Part shown: piece by piece, positions 39,827 through 49,683 of the stretch
How positions within the stretch are numbered: position 1 is the first letter of the stretch
Layout of the letters: each line of letters opens with the position of its first letter
Origin: an uncultured virus (IMG/VR IMGVR_UViG_3300025840_000024)
Taxonomy: Duplodnaviria; Heunggongvirae; Uroviricota; Caudoviricetes
IMG/VR virus record: IMGVR_UViG_3300025840_000024
Length of the DNA stretch: 64,000 nt
Strand: one strand, 5' to 3'
Position numbers and translations under genes: made by a program
The notes under the pieces: model-generated
The model's database searches: none
What the model saw: only the letters and a program-made list of their open reading frames with translations
What the model was told of the DNA's origin: nothing

Positions 39827-40915
39827 ATGTCCGTTGGTAGCAATTTACAAGAAATGGAAAACGTAGTAACCAAAGGGGCAGCACCTGCCGAACAAATTAA
39901 ATCTGATGCTTCCAGAGTTTCTACTCCTGGTCAAGCTCAGGTTGAAGATTTGGGTGGTCCTACTCCAGAAAATTATAGATCTGATGATGATTCAGCTAAA
40001 TTGAGAGATCCCGCAAAAACTGTTGCTCAGGTTAAGGATGTAGTTAATGCTAAGGCTGTAGCTGCAGAATCTGCTGAGGAAGAAGAGGGAGAATTTGTTT
40101 CTGAAGAGGAAACTACCGAAGAGGAATATGTTTCCGAAGAAGAAACTACCGAAGAGGAAGTTGTTGAAGAGGAAGTAGAAGAAGAATTTAATATCGATGA
40201 AGATGTTGAGGCACTTCTTCAAGGAGAAGAGCTTTCTGAAGAGTTCCAAGAAAAAGCAAAAATTATTTTCGAATCTGCAATTCGTTCTAAAGTTGCAGAA
40301 GTTAAGGAACAACTTCAAGATGCATACGAAGATGCACTTGTAGAAGAAATTAATACTATTAAAGAAAGTCTTGTAGAGCGTGTTGATTCTTATCTTGAGT
40401 ATGTTGCTGATGAATGGATTTCTGACAATCAACTCGCAGTTGAGCACGGTCTTAAGACTGAAATGACAGAATCATTCCTGGTAGGAATGAAGCAACTTTT
40501 TGAAGATCATTATGTAACAATCCCTGAAGAAAAATATGATGTAATCGAGAGCATGGTAGATAAACTTGATGAAATGGAAGGAAAACTCAACGAGCAAATT
40601 CAAAGAAATGTTGCTCTAAATCAAAGATTAGCAGAGTCAGTTGCTGATGTAATTTTTGCAGATGTCGCTGAGGGTCTTGCACTTTCTCAGAAGGACAAAC
40701 TCGCTTCTCTTGCTGAAAATGTTGAGTTTGATAGTGAACAGAGCTATCGTGAGAAACTGGTAACCTTGAGAGAATCATATTTTCCAACAAATACCAGTGC
40801 TCAAAGAAACTCTAGTGAAAATTTATCAGAAGAAACTGATTACTCGATTGAGGATTCAGTAAGTAGCACCATGGGTGCATATCTCAATACTCTTCATAGA
40901 GTTTCCAAAAAGTGA
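39827..40915 (+). CDS. gp22: prohead core scaffold protein gp22
   Basis: Very acidic; LSEEFQEKAKIIFESA; VDSYLEYVADEW; lies between gp21 and gp23. Confidence 0.95.
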   Translation: MSVGSNLQEMENVVTKGAAPAEQIKSDASRVSTPGQAQVEDLGGPTPENYRSDDDSAKLRDPAKTVAQVKDVVNAKAVAAESAEEEEGEFVSEEETTEEEYVSEEETTEEEVVEEEVEEEFNIDEDVEALLQGEELSEEFQEKAKIIFESAIRSKVAEVKEQLQDAYEDALVEEINTIKESLVERVDSYLEYVADEWISDNQLAVEHGLKTEMTESFLVGMKQLFEDHYVTIPEEKYDVIESMVDKLDEMEGKLNEQIQRNVALNQRLAESVADVIFADVAEGLALSQKDKLASLAENVEFDSEQSYREKLVTLRESYFPTNTSAQRNSSENLSEETDYSIEDSVSSTMGAYLNTLHRVSKK

Positions 40916-40963
40916 TTTATAGATCATAGTCAAACTTACACAATTTTAACGAGGTAAAAAAAA

Positions 40964-42364
40964 ATGCAAATGTTCAATGCAGAGCAATTGCAAGAGAAGT
41001 GGTCCCCACTCTTAGACTACGAAGGTCTTGATCCTATCAAAGATTCCCATCGTAGAAATGTAACTGCAATTCTGCTCGAAAACCAAGAAAATTCAATTCG
41101 TGAGGCACGTGAGTTCCTTTACGAAGCACCAACCAACAGCACTGCTTCTGGCACTTATGCTGGTCTTGGTGGTCAAACCACTGGCGCACTGCAAGGTTTC
41201 GATCCCGTTCTGATCTCTCTGATCAGACGTTCGATGCCTAACCTGATGGCATACGACATCTGCGGTGTCCAACCAATGAACGGTCCTACCGGACTCATCT
41301 TTGCGATGCGCTCCCGTTATAAGACTAATGCTGGTAGCGAGAACTTCTACAACGAAGTAGATTCGGCATTCTCCGGTCAAGACTCAGGATTCAACGAGAC
41401 TGCTGGTTTCGTTGATGGTGCTGTCGGTCTTGGTACTACTGCTCAGGGTGGAAGCAATCCTTCAATCCTTAGCCCAACCGATCAATCTACTAACGCTGGA
41501 ACTGGTGCTAATCAGTACAACGTTGGTCAGGGCATGAGAACCGATGCTGCTGAAGGTCTTGGCGAGTCCGAGAACTTTAACCAGATGGCATTCTCGATCG
41601 AGAAGGTCACCGTTACTGCCAAGTCACGCGCACTGAAGGCTGAGTACTCACTTGAGCTTGCTCAGGACCTTAAGGCAATTCATGGTCTGAACGCCGAAGC
41701 CGAGTTGGCAAACATTCTCTCTACTGAGATTCTTGCCGAAATCAACCGCGAAGTTGTTCGTACCATCTATAAGTCTGCTGTTCCTGGTGCTCAGGCAAAC
41801 GTTGCTACTGCTGGTACTTTCGACCTTGATGTTGACTCCAATGGTCGTTGGTCTGTTGAGAAGTTCAAGGGTCTGATCTTCCAAATCGAGCGCGATGCCA
41901 ACGCTATCGCTCAGCAAACTCGTAGAGGAAAGGGTAACATCATCATCTGTTCTGCTGATGTTGCTTCCGCTCTTGCAATGGCAGGTGTACTTGATTACAC
42001 TCCTGCACTCAATGCAAACCTTCAGGTAGACGACACCGGTAACACCTTCGCTGGTGTACTTGCTGGTAAGTTCCGCGTTTATATTGACCCATATTCTGCC
42101 AACGTTGCTTCTACTCAGTATTACACCGTTGGTTATAAGGGTTCTTCACCTTATGACGCAGGTCTGTTCTATTGCCCATACGTTCCTCTTCAGATGGTTC
42201 GTGCTGTTGGCGAGAACACCTTCCAGCCTAAGATTGGCTTTAAGACCCGCTACGGCATGGTCGCTAATCCATTCGCTAAGGGCGGTTCTCTCTCCGATCC
42301 TGGTATTATTTCCACCAACTCTAACGTATACTACAGACGCACTAAGGTTTCTAACCTCATGTGA
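40964..42364 (+). CDS. gp23: major capsid protein gp23
   Basis: DPVLISLIRRSMPNL.AYDICGVQPMNGPTGLIFAMR; AKSRALKAEYSLELAQDLKAIHGL; FQPKIGFKTRYG. Confidence 0.99.
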   Translation: MQMFNAEQLQEKWSPLLDYEGLDPIKDSHRRNVTAILLENQENSIREAREFLYEAPTNSTASGTYAGLGGQTTGALQGFDPVLISLIRRSMPNLMAYDICGVQPMNGPTGLIFAMRSRYKTNAGSENFYNEVDSAFSGQDSGFNETAGFVDGAVGLGTTAQGGSNPSILSPTDQSTNAGTGANQYNVGQGMRTDAAEGLGESENFNQMAFSIEKVTVTAKSRALKAEYSLELAQDLKAIHGLNAEAELANILSTEILAEINREVVRTIYKSAVPGAQANVATAGTFDLDVDSNGRWSVEKFKGLIFQIERDANAIAQQTRRGKGNIIICSADVASALAMAGVLDYTPALNANLQVDDTGNTFAGVLAGKFRVYIDPYSANVASTQYYTVGYKGSSPYDAGLFYCPYVPLQMVRAVGENTFQPKIGFKTRYGMVANPFAKGGSLSDPGIISTNSNVYYRRTKVSNLM

Positions 42365-42388
42365 TGTCTTTTACATAGAGTTTCTTAC

Positions 42389-42415
42389 AGAGGGTCCTTT
42401 GGACCCTCTTTTTTT
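42389..42415 (+). terminator. Rho-independent terminator after gp23
   Basis: AGAGGGTCC-TTT-GGACCCTCT followed by a T run. Confidence 0.92.
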
Positions 42416-42416
42416 A

Positions 42417-42424
42417 TCTAAATA
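42417..42424 (+). promoter_or_regulatory. late promoter variant TCTAAATA
   Basis: Immediately after the terminator; upstream of gp3. Confidence 0.6.
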
Positions 42425-42436
42425 CAAATAAAAGCC

Positions 42437-42985
42437 ATGGCAACCGCTTTTGATAAGCAGATAAGTAATAGAAATTTTTTGTCTCCAATAGGATTTAAGT
42501 TTAATCTTGCCAAATATCCTAAAGTATCATTTTTTTGCAATTCTGCCCGAATTCCTGAAATTACCTTAACGACTTTAAATCAGGCATCATACTTAAAAAA
42601 TATTGATATTCCTGGAGGAATTGTTCAGTATGGCGACTTATCTTTAAAATTTTTAGTTGATGAAAATCTTGTAAATTATTCGACCATTCATAATTGGATT
42701 ACTGGTTTGGGTTTTCCAGAATCCACGCAAGATTATGCCGATTTTATTACTAATTCTGATGGGATAAAAGATCCAAATGAATCATTTAGTGATGCAAGTC
42801 TTCATATTTTGAATAGCAATTATAATACTGTTGCAATCATTAAATTTAAAGATCTATATCCAACATCATTAACTTCTTTAGACTTTGCAGCAACAGATAC
42901 TGATATTAATTACTTTACAGCAGAGGTTACTTTCAAGTATACTGTATATAATATACTAGCATCTGACAACAGAACACCCTTATGA
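42437..42985 (+). CDS. gp3: tail completion/tube terminator gp3
   Basis: NRNFLSP.GFKF...PKVSFF; FLVDENL.NY..IHNW; FKDLYPTSL.SL.F; position after gp23. Confidence 0.9.
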   Translation: MATAFDKQISNRNFLSPIGFKFNLAKYPKVSFFCNSARIPEITLTTLNQASYLKNIDIPGGIVQYGDLSLKFLVDENLVNYSTIHNWITGLGFPESTQDYADFITNSDGIKDPNESFSDASLHILNSNYNTVAIIKFKDLYPTSLTSLDFAATDTDINYFTAEVTFKYTVYNILASDNRTPL

Positions 42986-43413
42986 ATCTTGAACAAATTC
43001 AGGAGATGTGGGAGAGAGATTCTTTCATAGATCCAGATAACTTACATGATGAATCACTTAAAATACCTCAACTTCACTCTAAATACTATACCATATACAA
43101 TACGATTACTCTTTTAAGAGAAAAGGCAAGAGAGTCTTTTAATCGTGTGAGGTTAGAAAGATATAATTATTATGCAGGTAAAGCACCTGCTGAAGTGTAT
43201 GAAGAAAATCCATTTCCCTACAAGATAAGAGAAAAAGATGTACTTCAACGCTATCTTGATGCTGATGAAAGATTAACAGCAGTAGATTTAAAAATTAAAT
43301 ATTACGATACCATGTTAAAGTTTCTTGAAGAGATTATTAAGACTATCTCTAATAGAACTTTTCAAATTAAAAATGCAATCGAGTGGCACAGATTTCAAGC
43401 AGGGTTTAACTAA
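42982..43413 (+). CDS. uvsY: recombination mediator UvsY
   Basis: MWERDS.ID..NL..ESLKIPQLHSKY; YY.GKA; RTFQIKNAIEW..F.AG. Confidence 0.93.
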   Translation: MNLEQIQEMWERDSFIDPDNLHDESLKIPQLHSKYYTIYNTITLLREKARESFNRVRLERYNYYAGKAPAEVYEENPFPYKIREKDVLQRYLDADERLTAVDLKIKYYDTMLKFLEEIIKTISNRTFQIKNAIEWHRFQAGFN

Positions 43414-43607
43414 TGGATGAAGAATCCAAGTTTATAATGGATTTTGGTATAGAAGATATTCATCTTTTATACCATTGTGTATGTAAAAGAATAGAAACCT
43501 GGGAGGGATATCCTTCCAGGCATCCATTTGAGCAAGAACACTTACATTATCTTAAAACTGAACTGTATAAAGCAGTTTTAGATTTCAAGTTTAATTGTGG
43601 TGAATAA
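43413..43607 (+). CDS. hypothetical protein
   Basis: 64-aa ORF with TAATG coupling to uvsY. Confidence 0.75.
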   Translation: MDEESKFIMDFGIEDIHLLYHCVCKRIETWEGYPSRHPFEQEHLHYLKTELYKAVLDFKFNCGE

Positions 43608-43613
43608 TAAATA
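43606..43613 (+). promoter_or_regulatory. late promoter AATAAATA
   Basis: 27 nt upstream of the ORF at 43641. Confidence 0.7.
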
Positions 43614-43640
43614 CCTAATAATGATAGAAGTAAGATAGAG

Positions 43641-45860
43641 ATGAAGTCTTTCGGAGATTTTATATTTGAATGTTATAGATATGGTTTCCTTTTATTTGAG
43701 GGAAAATATAGTGATGAACATGCATTCAGAAAAGTATGGAATCACTTTATTACTCATAGAAAATACGGCAGAGAAATAAGAGATCTTATTAATGCTGGAA
43801 AATATGATGATGCTAGACAAGCAATGGAGAAAGAAATTGATGCTGCTAGACAAGATCCTAAACATCCATTAAGTTTTGCAAAGGCAAAACGGGGATTTGA
43901 AAAGGGAAAAGATACTAATGCAAGTCAAAGTCAATCAACATACTATGACGAATTGAAATTGGCACCAGATAGTGTTGTAGCATATACAAAAGGAAGAAGA
44001 GGAAAATCTGCTGCTAATAGATCAACTGCTTATGCTAAAGTTGAAGGTGGAGCAACTCCACCCACTACAAGAATGTGGAAAGATGTAGTTGGAAAAGAAG
44101 CAGATACATCAAAAAGAGATATTTCTATCGCAGACACAAAAGATAAAAAATTTGGACAAGGAATTAGTTTAAAGCAGGGAGAAGGATCACAAACTCTATC
44201 TGCCGAACCAGAAGAAGTTAGAGGATTATTCAAAGCTGCTGCTAAAAAATATATTCAAAAACTGAAAAAAGATGGTGCCTCAAAGGAAGAAATTAAAAAA
44301 TTTGAGGCAGACTTAGAATCTAATATATCAAAATATGTTAGAGCACAGAATTTAAAAATTAGTCCAACAGAAAATAAAGAAAAGAGTGAGAAAAGATTAT
44401 CAATTGCTCAATCTGCAGTTGATGCTCTTGTTAAAAATTATCCCGGATTTGATAGATTAGTTGATAAAGAAGCTGCTGGTGGTGAACAAAAATTCGGGAA
44501 AGAAGTTTCTGCTCAGTTAGATCCAGAAAGTCAAGAATTTAAAGATGCATTAACTGCAATGAGACTTTTGAGGGGTAAAGGAAGTCCAAATGATAAAATT
44601 GATAAGTCAGATTTGGAAGTAGGTGAACTTGGAGCAATTAAAAAAATTGCCGATAGTAAAAAATATAAAAATAATCCAAAACAACTTAAGATAGATTATA
44701 TGGGTATGGATAGAGATGATCCAAAAAGAAAAGAATATGAAAAAGCTTATAAACTATTGACAAAAAGAATTGATGTAAGTGATTTAAAAAAGGGACAAAG
44801 AGAACGAATTGAAGGTATTCTTTCAAAGTATCCAACTATGAAATCTCTCTCAGATTTCCTTAAGTCTTCCCCATCTGGGCAGGCAACTGAAGTTGTTAGG
44901 GGAACTTATGTAGATCCTAAGACGGGTGAAGTTGTTAGTAGAGCAAAATCTGAACCAGTATCTCAAAGGGCAGATCTGGACCAACCTCTTACTCCTAGAT
45001 CTGGAAAGGGTAAAAGTAGCAAAACAGAGGATGGATACCGTGCATCTGAAATGAGACGTAGAGGAGAAGAACCACAAAGGATACAAAGATCTGGTGCTTT
45101 AGCAGGAAGAGTTGGGCCAGCAAAACCTGATGCAGATAAACCAGATAATCAAGCACAACCACAACAAGGACCAATGACCTTGGATACGTTTAATAGACAA
45201 GCAAGAACTGCCGAATTGAGATCAAAAGGAGTTGGTAGGGAAAGAGATGAAAGGTTAGCAGCAGAAAGAGAGGCAGTAAAACAAGAAAGGATAGAGAGGC
45301 AGGCAGCAGAAAGACGGGCAAGATATGCTGCACGAAAGGCGCAACAAACACAACAAGCATTCTTTGATACTGAAAGAGATCTAGAAGTAGCAAGTGTAAA
45401 TGCGCAAAATGCATCTATTCCCATAAATCCAGAAACTGGAGAACCAATATTAAGGCAGCATAGAAAAAATGTAGAGGTTCATATTGCAACGGATCCCACT
45501 TCTCCTATTGCACAAGCAAACAATCAAATAAGACAACAAGCACAGAATACTTTGGCAACAGCTCAAAGTAATTATGATACTGCATCATCAAAACATCAGC
45601 GAAGTTTGCAGCGTTTGCAACAAATTAAAAAATCTGCAAGAACTCAACAACCTCAACAAGCACAACAAGCACAACAACCACAACAAGCACAACAACCTCA
45701 AGAAGTTCAACCCCAACAACCACAAGAAGTTCAACCCCAACAACCACAAGAAGTTCAGATTAAACCAAAGAAAAGAAAAAGAGAAAGAACGGAAGCAGAA
45801 AGAGCAGACACTAGACAGAGAATGGACGCTGCCGGAGAACAGCAAGGTTATCCAAACTAA
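43641..45860 (+). CDS. large basic hypothetical protein (739 aa) with internal-protein-like N-terminus, possible PD-(D/E)XK-like motif and Q/P-rich tail
   Basis: Long ORF; MKSFGDFIFE; TSKRDI...GISLK; QQPQ repeats. Confidence 0.85.
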   Translation: MKSFGDFIFECYRYGFLLFEGKYSDEHAFRKVWNHFITHRKYGREIRDLINAGKYDDARQAMEKEIDAARQDPKHPLSFAKAKRGFEKGKDTNASQSQSTYYDELKLAPDSVVAYTKGRRGKSAANRSTAYAKVEGGATPPTTRMWKDVVGKEADTSKRDISIADTKDKKFGQGISLKQGEGSQTLSAEPEEVRGLFKAAAKKYIQKLKKDGASKEEIKKFEADLESNISKYVRAQNLKISPTENKEKSEKRLSIAQSAVDALVKNYPGFDRLVDKEAAGGEQKFGKEVSAQLDPESQEFKDALTAMRLLRGKGSPNDKIDKSDLEVGELGAIKKIADSKKYKNNPKQLKIDYMGMDRDDPKRKEYEKAYKLLTKRIDVSDLKKGQRERIEGILSKYPTMKSLSDFLKSSPSGQATEVVRGTYVDPKTGEVVSRAKSEPVSQRADLDQPLTPRSGKGKSSKTEDGYRASEMRRRGEEPQRIQRSGALAGRVGPAKPDADKPDNQAQPQQGPMTLDTFNRQARTAELRSKGVGRERDERLAAEREAVKQERIERQAAERRARYAARKAQQTQQAFFDTERDLEVASVNAQNASIPINPETGEPILRQHRKNVEVHIATDPTSPIAQANNQIRQQAQNTLATAQSNYDTASSKHQRSLQRLQQIKKSARTQQPQQAQQAQQPQQAQQPQEVQPQQPQEVQPQQPQEVQIKPKKRKRERTEAERADTRQRMDAAGEQQGYPN
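45645..45757 (+). repeat. CAA-rich low-complexity tract including a 24-bp tandem repeat (QEVQPQQP)
   Basis: CAAGAAGTTCAACCCCAACAACCA at 45699 and 45723, partial copy at 45747. Confidence 0.9.
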
Positions 45861-45864
45861 CCCC

Positions 45865-45872
45865 AATAAATA
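45865..45872 (+). promoter_or_regulatory. late promoter AATAAATA
   Basis: Upstream of uvsW. Confidence 0.7.
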
Positions 45873-45895
45873 CTTATAATTAATATTATGAGTAT

Positions 45896-47359
45896 ATGTC
45901 TCATTTGATTATTCAAAAGAAGAACGAAGTATATTTAACAATAAAGGCAGATCCTCACGTTTATTACGAACTTGCAGATCAGTTCACGTTTGAGGTTCCT
46001 GGTGCAAAGTTTATGCCTCAGTTTCGTAATCGACACTGGGATGGAAAAATTCGTTTATTCAATACCGAAACTAGTGAGATATATGTTGGTTTATTGGATA
46101 AAGTCGTAAGATTTTGTGAAACTCATGATTATACTTATGAGTTTGTAGACAATAAATTTTATGGACTTCCTTTTGAGACGAACAATATGATCTCTAAGGA
46201 AGGCGTTAAAGACTATATAAATGCTATCTGTAGGTATTCCCCTAGAGACTACCAAATAGAAGGGGTCTACGACGCTCTAAGACATAATAGAAGACTGCTG
46301 ATATCCCCAACTGCTTCTGGAAAGTCTCTGATGATATACTCTCTTGTGAGATATTACGTTGAGAAGCAACAAAATATTCTGATAGTTGTTCCAACGACTT
46401 CGCTTGTAGAGCAAATGTATAAAGACTTTGCAGACTATGGTTGGGATGTAGGTTCATTTTGCCACAAGATTTATGCGGGACGTGAAAGAGAGACTGATTC
46501 TCAGGTGATTATCACCACCTGGCAGTCCATCTACAAACTCCCTCGCAAGTATTTTTCAAGATTCAATGTGGTTGTTGGAGATGAAGCACACCAGTTTAAA
46601 TCAAAATCTCTTATATCTATAATGTCAAAGCTTGCAGATTGCAAGTATCGTTTTGGTTTTACCGGAACGCTTGATGGAACACAAACTCATAAGTGGGTCT
46701 TAGAAGGTCTATTTGGACCATCATATAAGATTATTAAAACTGATGAGTTGATGAAGAAAGGGCATGTTGCTCAATTGGACATTAATGTGCTTCTACTGAA
46801 GCACCCAGCACATAGATTTGAAAATTTTGAAGAAGAAGTTCAGTATATCATAAATCATGAACGAAGAAATAAATTTATTCGAAATCTTGCTCTCGATCTT
46901 AAAGGTAATACTCTTATTCTATTCTCCAGAGTAGAAGGTCATGGTCAACCTTTATATGAAATGATAAATAGCAATAAGATTGATGATCGACATGTCTTTT
47001 TTGTTCATGGTGGAGTGGCAACAGAAGACAGAGAAAAAGTAAGAGAGATTACAGAGAAAGAGAATGATGCGATTATTGTTGCATCTTATGGAACATTCTC
47101 TACTGGCATTAACATTAAAAACTTACACAATGTTATTTTTGCTTCTCCTTCCAAGTCGAGGATTAGGAATCTCCAATCAATTGGTAGAGTTCTCAGAAAA
47201 GGAAATAACAAAACAAAAGCAACACTCTATGATATTGCTGACGACATTTCCTACAAGTCCAGGAAAAATTATACTTTAAATCATCTAATCGAAAGAATTA
47301 AAATTTATAACGAAGAAAATTTTAATTATGATATTGTAAACATACCGCTTAAAAATTAA
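45896..47359 (+). CDS. uvsW: SF2 helicase UvsW
   Basis: WDGKIRLF; SPTASGKS; DEAH; GFTGT; STGINIKNLHN; LQSIGRVLR. Confidence 0.97.
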   Translation: MSHLIIQKKNEVYLTIKADPHVYYELADQFTFEVPGAKFMPQFRNRHWDGKIRLFNTETSEIYVGLLDKVVRFCETHDYTYEFVDNKFYGLPFETNNMISKEGVKDYINAICRYSPRDYQIEGVYDALRHNRRLLISPTASGKSLMIYSLVRYYVEKQQNILIVVPTTSLVEQMYKDFADYGWDVGSFCHKIYAGRERETDSQVIITTWQSIYKLPRKYFSRFNVVVGDEAHQFKSKSLISIMSKLADCKYRFGFTGTLDGTQTHKWVLEGLFGPSYKIIKTDELMKKGHVAQLDINVLLLKHPAHRFENFEEEVQYIINHERRNKFIRNLALDLKGNTLILFSRVEGHGQPLYEMINSNKIDDRHVFFVHGGVATEDREKVREITEKENDAIIVASYGTFSTGINIKNLHNVIFASPSKSRIRNLQSIGRVLRKGNNKTKATLYDIADDISYKSRKNYTLNHLIERIKIYNEENFNYDIVNIPLKN

Positions 47360-47360
47360 T

Positions 47361-47786
47361 ATGGGAGATGAATTTCACGCAATCATAAAAATGATATCTG
47401 GAGAAGAAGTATTGTCATTAGTAATGGTGGATGAGAATGATGGTGATCCTATTCTTGTTCTCCAAAATCCAGTAGTAGTTAAAATGTCAGAAAACAAACA
47501 TGGATCTTTTATAAAGGTGAAACCTTGGGTTGAATTATCTGATGATGATTTCTTTATTGTTAGACAAGATAAAATTATTACTATGACTGAAACTACAGAT
47601 AAGAAGTTAATCAATATCTACACTCAATATATTACGGATTCTTCTGATGAAGACATTGATGAATTCAGTCAATATGGAAAAGTAAAGCCATCTGAAAAGA
47701 TGGGATATATTTCTACGGTCAAAGAAGCCCGTAAGAAACTGGAAGATATATTTAAGTTAGAAGTAGAAGATACTAAAGAAAGCTAA
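47361..47786 (+). CDS. hypothetical protein, Sm-like fold candidate
   Basis: IKMISGEEV...NP...KPW...DKIITM pattern; lies between uvsW and gp55. Confidence 0.75.
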   Translation: MGDEFHAIIKMISGEEVLSLVMVDENDGDPILVLQNPVVVKMSENKHGSFIKVKPWVELSDDDFFIVRQDKIITMTETTDKKLINIYTQYITDSSDEDIDEFSQYGKVKPSEKMGYISTVKEARKKLEDIFKLEVEDTKES

Positions 47787-47813
47787 AGCTCATCCTTCAA
47801 CCCTAACAAAGGT

Positions 47814-47842
47814 AGTCTACTGCTAATCTGGCACCTTGTCAA
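47814..47842 (-). promoter_or_regulatory. candidate antisense sigma70-type promoter
   Basis: Minus strand TTGACA (47842-47837)-N17-TAGACT (47819-47814). Confidence 0.55.
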
Positions 47843-47864
47843 GTCTTTGTTGATGTGCTAAAAT
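47836..47864 (+). promoter_or_regulatory. sigma70-type promoter for gp55
   Basis: TTGTCA-N17-TAAAAT with extended -10 TG. Confidence 0.75.
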
Positions 47865-47896
47865 AAAGATATCTTATAGAATTAGTAATCGATGTC

Positions 47897-48421
47897 ATGC
47901 CTAAAAAGAAATCAGAACATTATGTAAATAATAAAGAGTTGTTGGAGGCAATGATCGTTTACCGTACAAAAGTCGAAAAGAAATATAAAGAGATATACGG
48001 TAAAGATTTACGAGAACAACCAAAGGAAGAAAGAGCACGAAGATGGGATGGTAAACCTCCCATTCCAAATTATCTTGGAGATTGTTTTTTAAAGATCGCA
48101 ACTCACTTATCATATAAACCAAACTTTGTAAATTATATGTTTCGTGAGGATATGATTTCAGATGGAATCGAAAATTGCGTTCAATATATTCATAATTTTG
48201 ATCCTGAGAAATCCAAAAATCCTTTTGCTTACTTTACGCAGATCATTCATTATGCTTTTCTCCGTAGAATCCAAAAAGAGAAAAAGCAACTTGACATTAA
48301 AACCAAAATTATTGAGAAGACTGGATTTGATGAAGTTATGATGGTTGATGACAGCTTGCTTTCGGGACACAGTTCTGACTACAACACTATTAAAGATAAT
48401 ATTCAATATAGAAACCGATGA
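47897..48421 (+). CDS. gp55: late transcription sigma factor gp55
   Basis: HYVNNKE; FLKIA.HLSYKPNF.NY..REDMISDGIENC; NPFAYFTQII.YAFLRRI.KEKKQ. Confidence 0.97.
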   Translation: MPKKKSEHYVNNKELLEAMIVYRTKVEKKYKEIYGKDLREQPKEERARRWDGKPPIPNYLGDCFLKIATHLSYKPNFVNYMFREDMISDGIENCVQYIHNFDPEKSKNPFAYFTQIIHYAFLRRIQKEKKQLDIKTKIIEKTGFDEVMMVDDSLLSGHSSDYNTIKDNIQYRNR

Positions 48422-48636
48422 AAATTACCGAAGATATTATTACTCGTCTAGAAAAAGCATTAGACATGCGAAAGAAAGATGGCACACCCATCTGGAGTGA
48501 CGATCAAGAAATTGAAATCAACATCGCAGGAACTTTTGCGAATGATAAATTCATCGTTATCAATAAAAAACGACCAAGAGAAGAAAGCACTCCAGATTTG
48601 ACACTTAAAGCACACCATTCTAAACTTGAAATCTAG
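48418..48636 (+). CDS. hypothetical protein
   Basis: 72-aa ORF with ATGA overlap. Confidence 0.7.
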   Translation: MKITEDIITRLEKALDMRKKDGTPIWSDDQEIEINIAGTFANDKFIVINKKRPREESTPDLTLKAHHSKLEI

Positions 48637-48648
48637 TTAAAACTTACT

Positions 48649-49683
48649 ATGCGTATCGGTTTAATCACAGACACTCACTATGGCGCCAGAAAAGGTTCAA
48701 AGTTTCTTCATGATTACTTTGAACTTTTCTACAAAAATGTCTTCTTCCCTGCTCTAAAGGAACATGGCGTAGAAACTGTGATTCATATGGGAGATGCTTT
48801 TGATAGTCGTAAGTCAATTGACTACCAAAGTCTTGAGTGGGCAAAAAGAGTTGTATTTGATCCACTTAAAGAGTATGATGTTCATATGATTATTGGTAAT
48901 CATGATACTTATTATAAAAACACCAATGATGTAAATTCTCCAGACCTTCTTCTTCAAAGTTATTCAAATGTTAAAACATACAGCAAAGCAACGGAAGTTA
49001 ACATTGGAGGACTGGATATTCTATTTTTACCTTGGATTAATTCGGAAAATGAAAATGAAACCTATCAACTTATTCAAAAGACATCTTGCAAGTGTGCGAT
49101 GGGGCACCTTGAACTCCAAGGATTTAGAGTTAATCGACAAATCATCATGGAGCATGGTACTGACGGCAAGTTATTTGAGAACTTCATCAGAGTCTACAGC
49201 GGTCACTACCACACTCGATCGGATGACGGAAAGGTCTTCTATCTAGGAAATCCTTATGAGATGTATTGGACTGATGTAAATGACCCAAGAGGATTTCATA
49301 TTTTTGATACAGAAACTCTAGAGCATATTGCAATTGATAATCCTTATAAGTTATTCTATAATATTTACTATGAGGATACAAACTATAAACTTTTCAACGC
49401 CTCTGAATTTAAAGATAAAATTGTAAAGGTTATTGTTCGTAAAAAATCAAAACCAAAAGACTTTGAAAAGTTTATTGATAAGATTCATTCTGCAGGTGTT
49501 CAAGAACTCAAAATTGTAGAAAACTTTGCCATTCAGGAATCTGAAGATTTTGAAATTAGTGAAGAAGAAAATACAATTTCTATCTTGAATAGATATATTG
49601 ATGAGTCAGAATTCGAATATGATAAGACAACAATTAAAGGTATATTCGAGGACTTATATAGACAAGCGTGTGAAGTAGAGTAA
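48649..49683 (+). CDS. gp47: recombination endonuclease subunit gp47 (Mre11/SbcD-like)
   Basis: DTHYG, GDAFD, GNHD, GHLE, SGHYH metallophosphoesterase motifs. Confidence 0.97.
   Translation: MRIGLITDTHYGARKGSKFLHDYFELFYKNVFFPALKEHGVETVIHMGDAFDSRKSIDYQSLEWAKRVVFDPLKEYDVHMIIGNHDTYYKNTNDVNSPDLLLQSYSNVKTYSKATEVNIGGLDILFLPWINSENENETYQLIQKTSCKCAMGHLELQGFRVNRQIIMEHGTDGKLFENFIRVYSGHYHTRSDDGKVFYLGNPYEMYWTDVNDPRGFHIFDTETLEHIAIDNPYKLFYNIYYEDTNYKLFNASEFKDKIVKVIVRKKSKPKDFEKFIDKIHSAGVQELKIVENFAIQESEDFEISEEENTISILNRYIDESEFEYDKTTIKGIFEDLYRQACEVE

Noticed and set aside
40075..40185. GAA-rich repeats in gp22
   Set aside because: Ordinary acidic low-complexity linker of the T4-type scaffold protein
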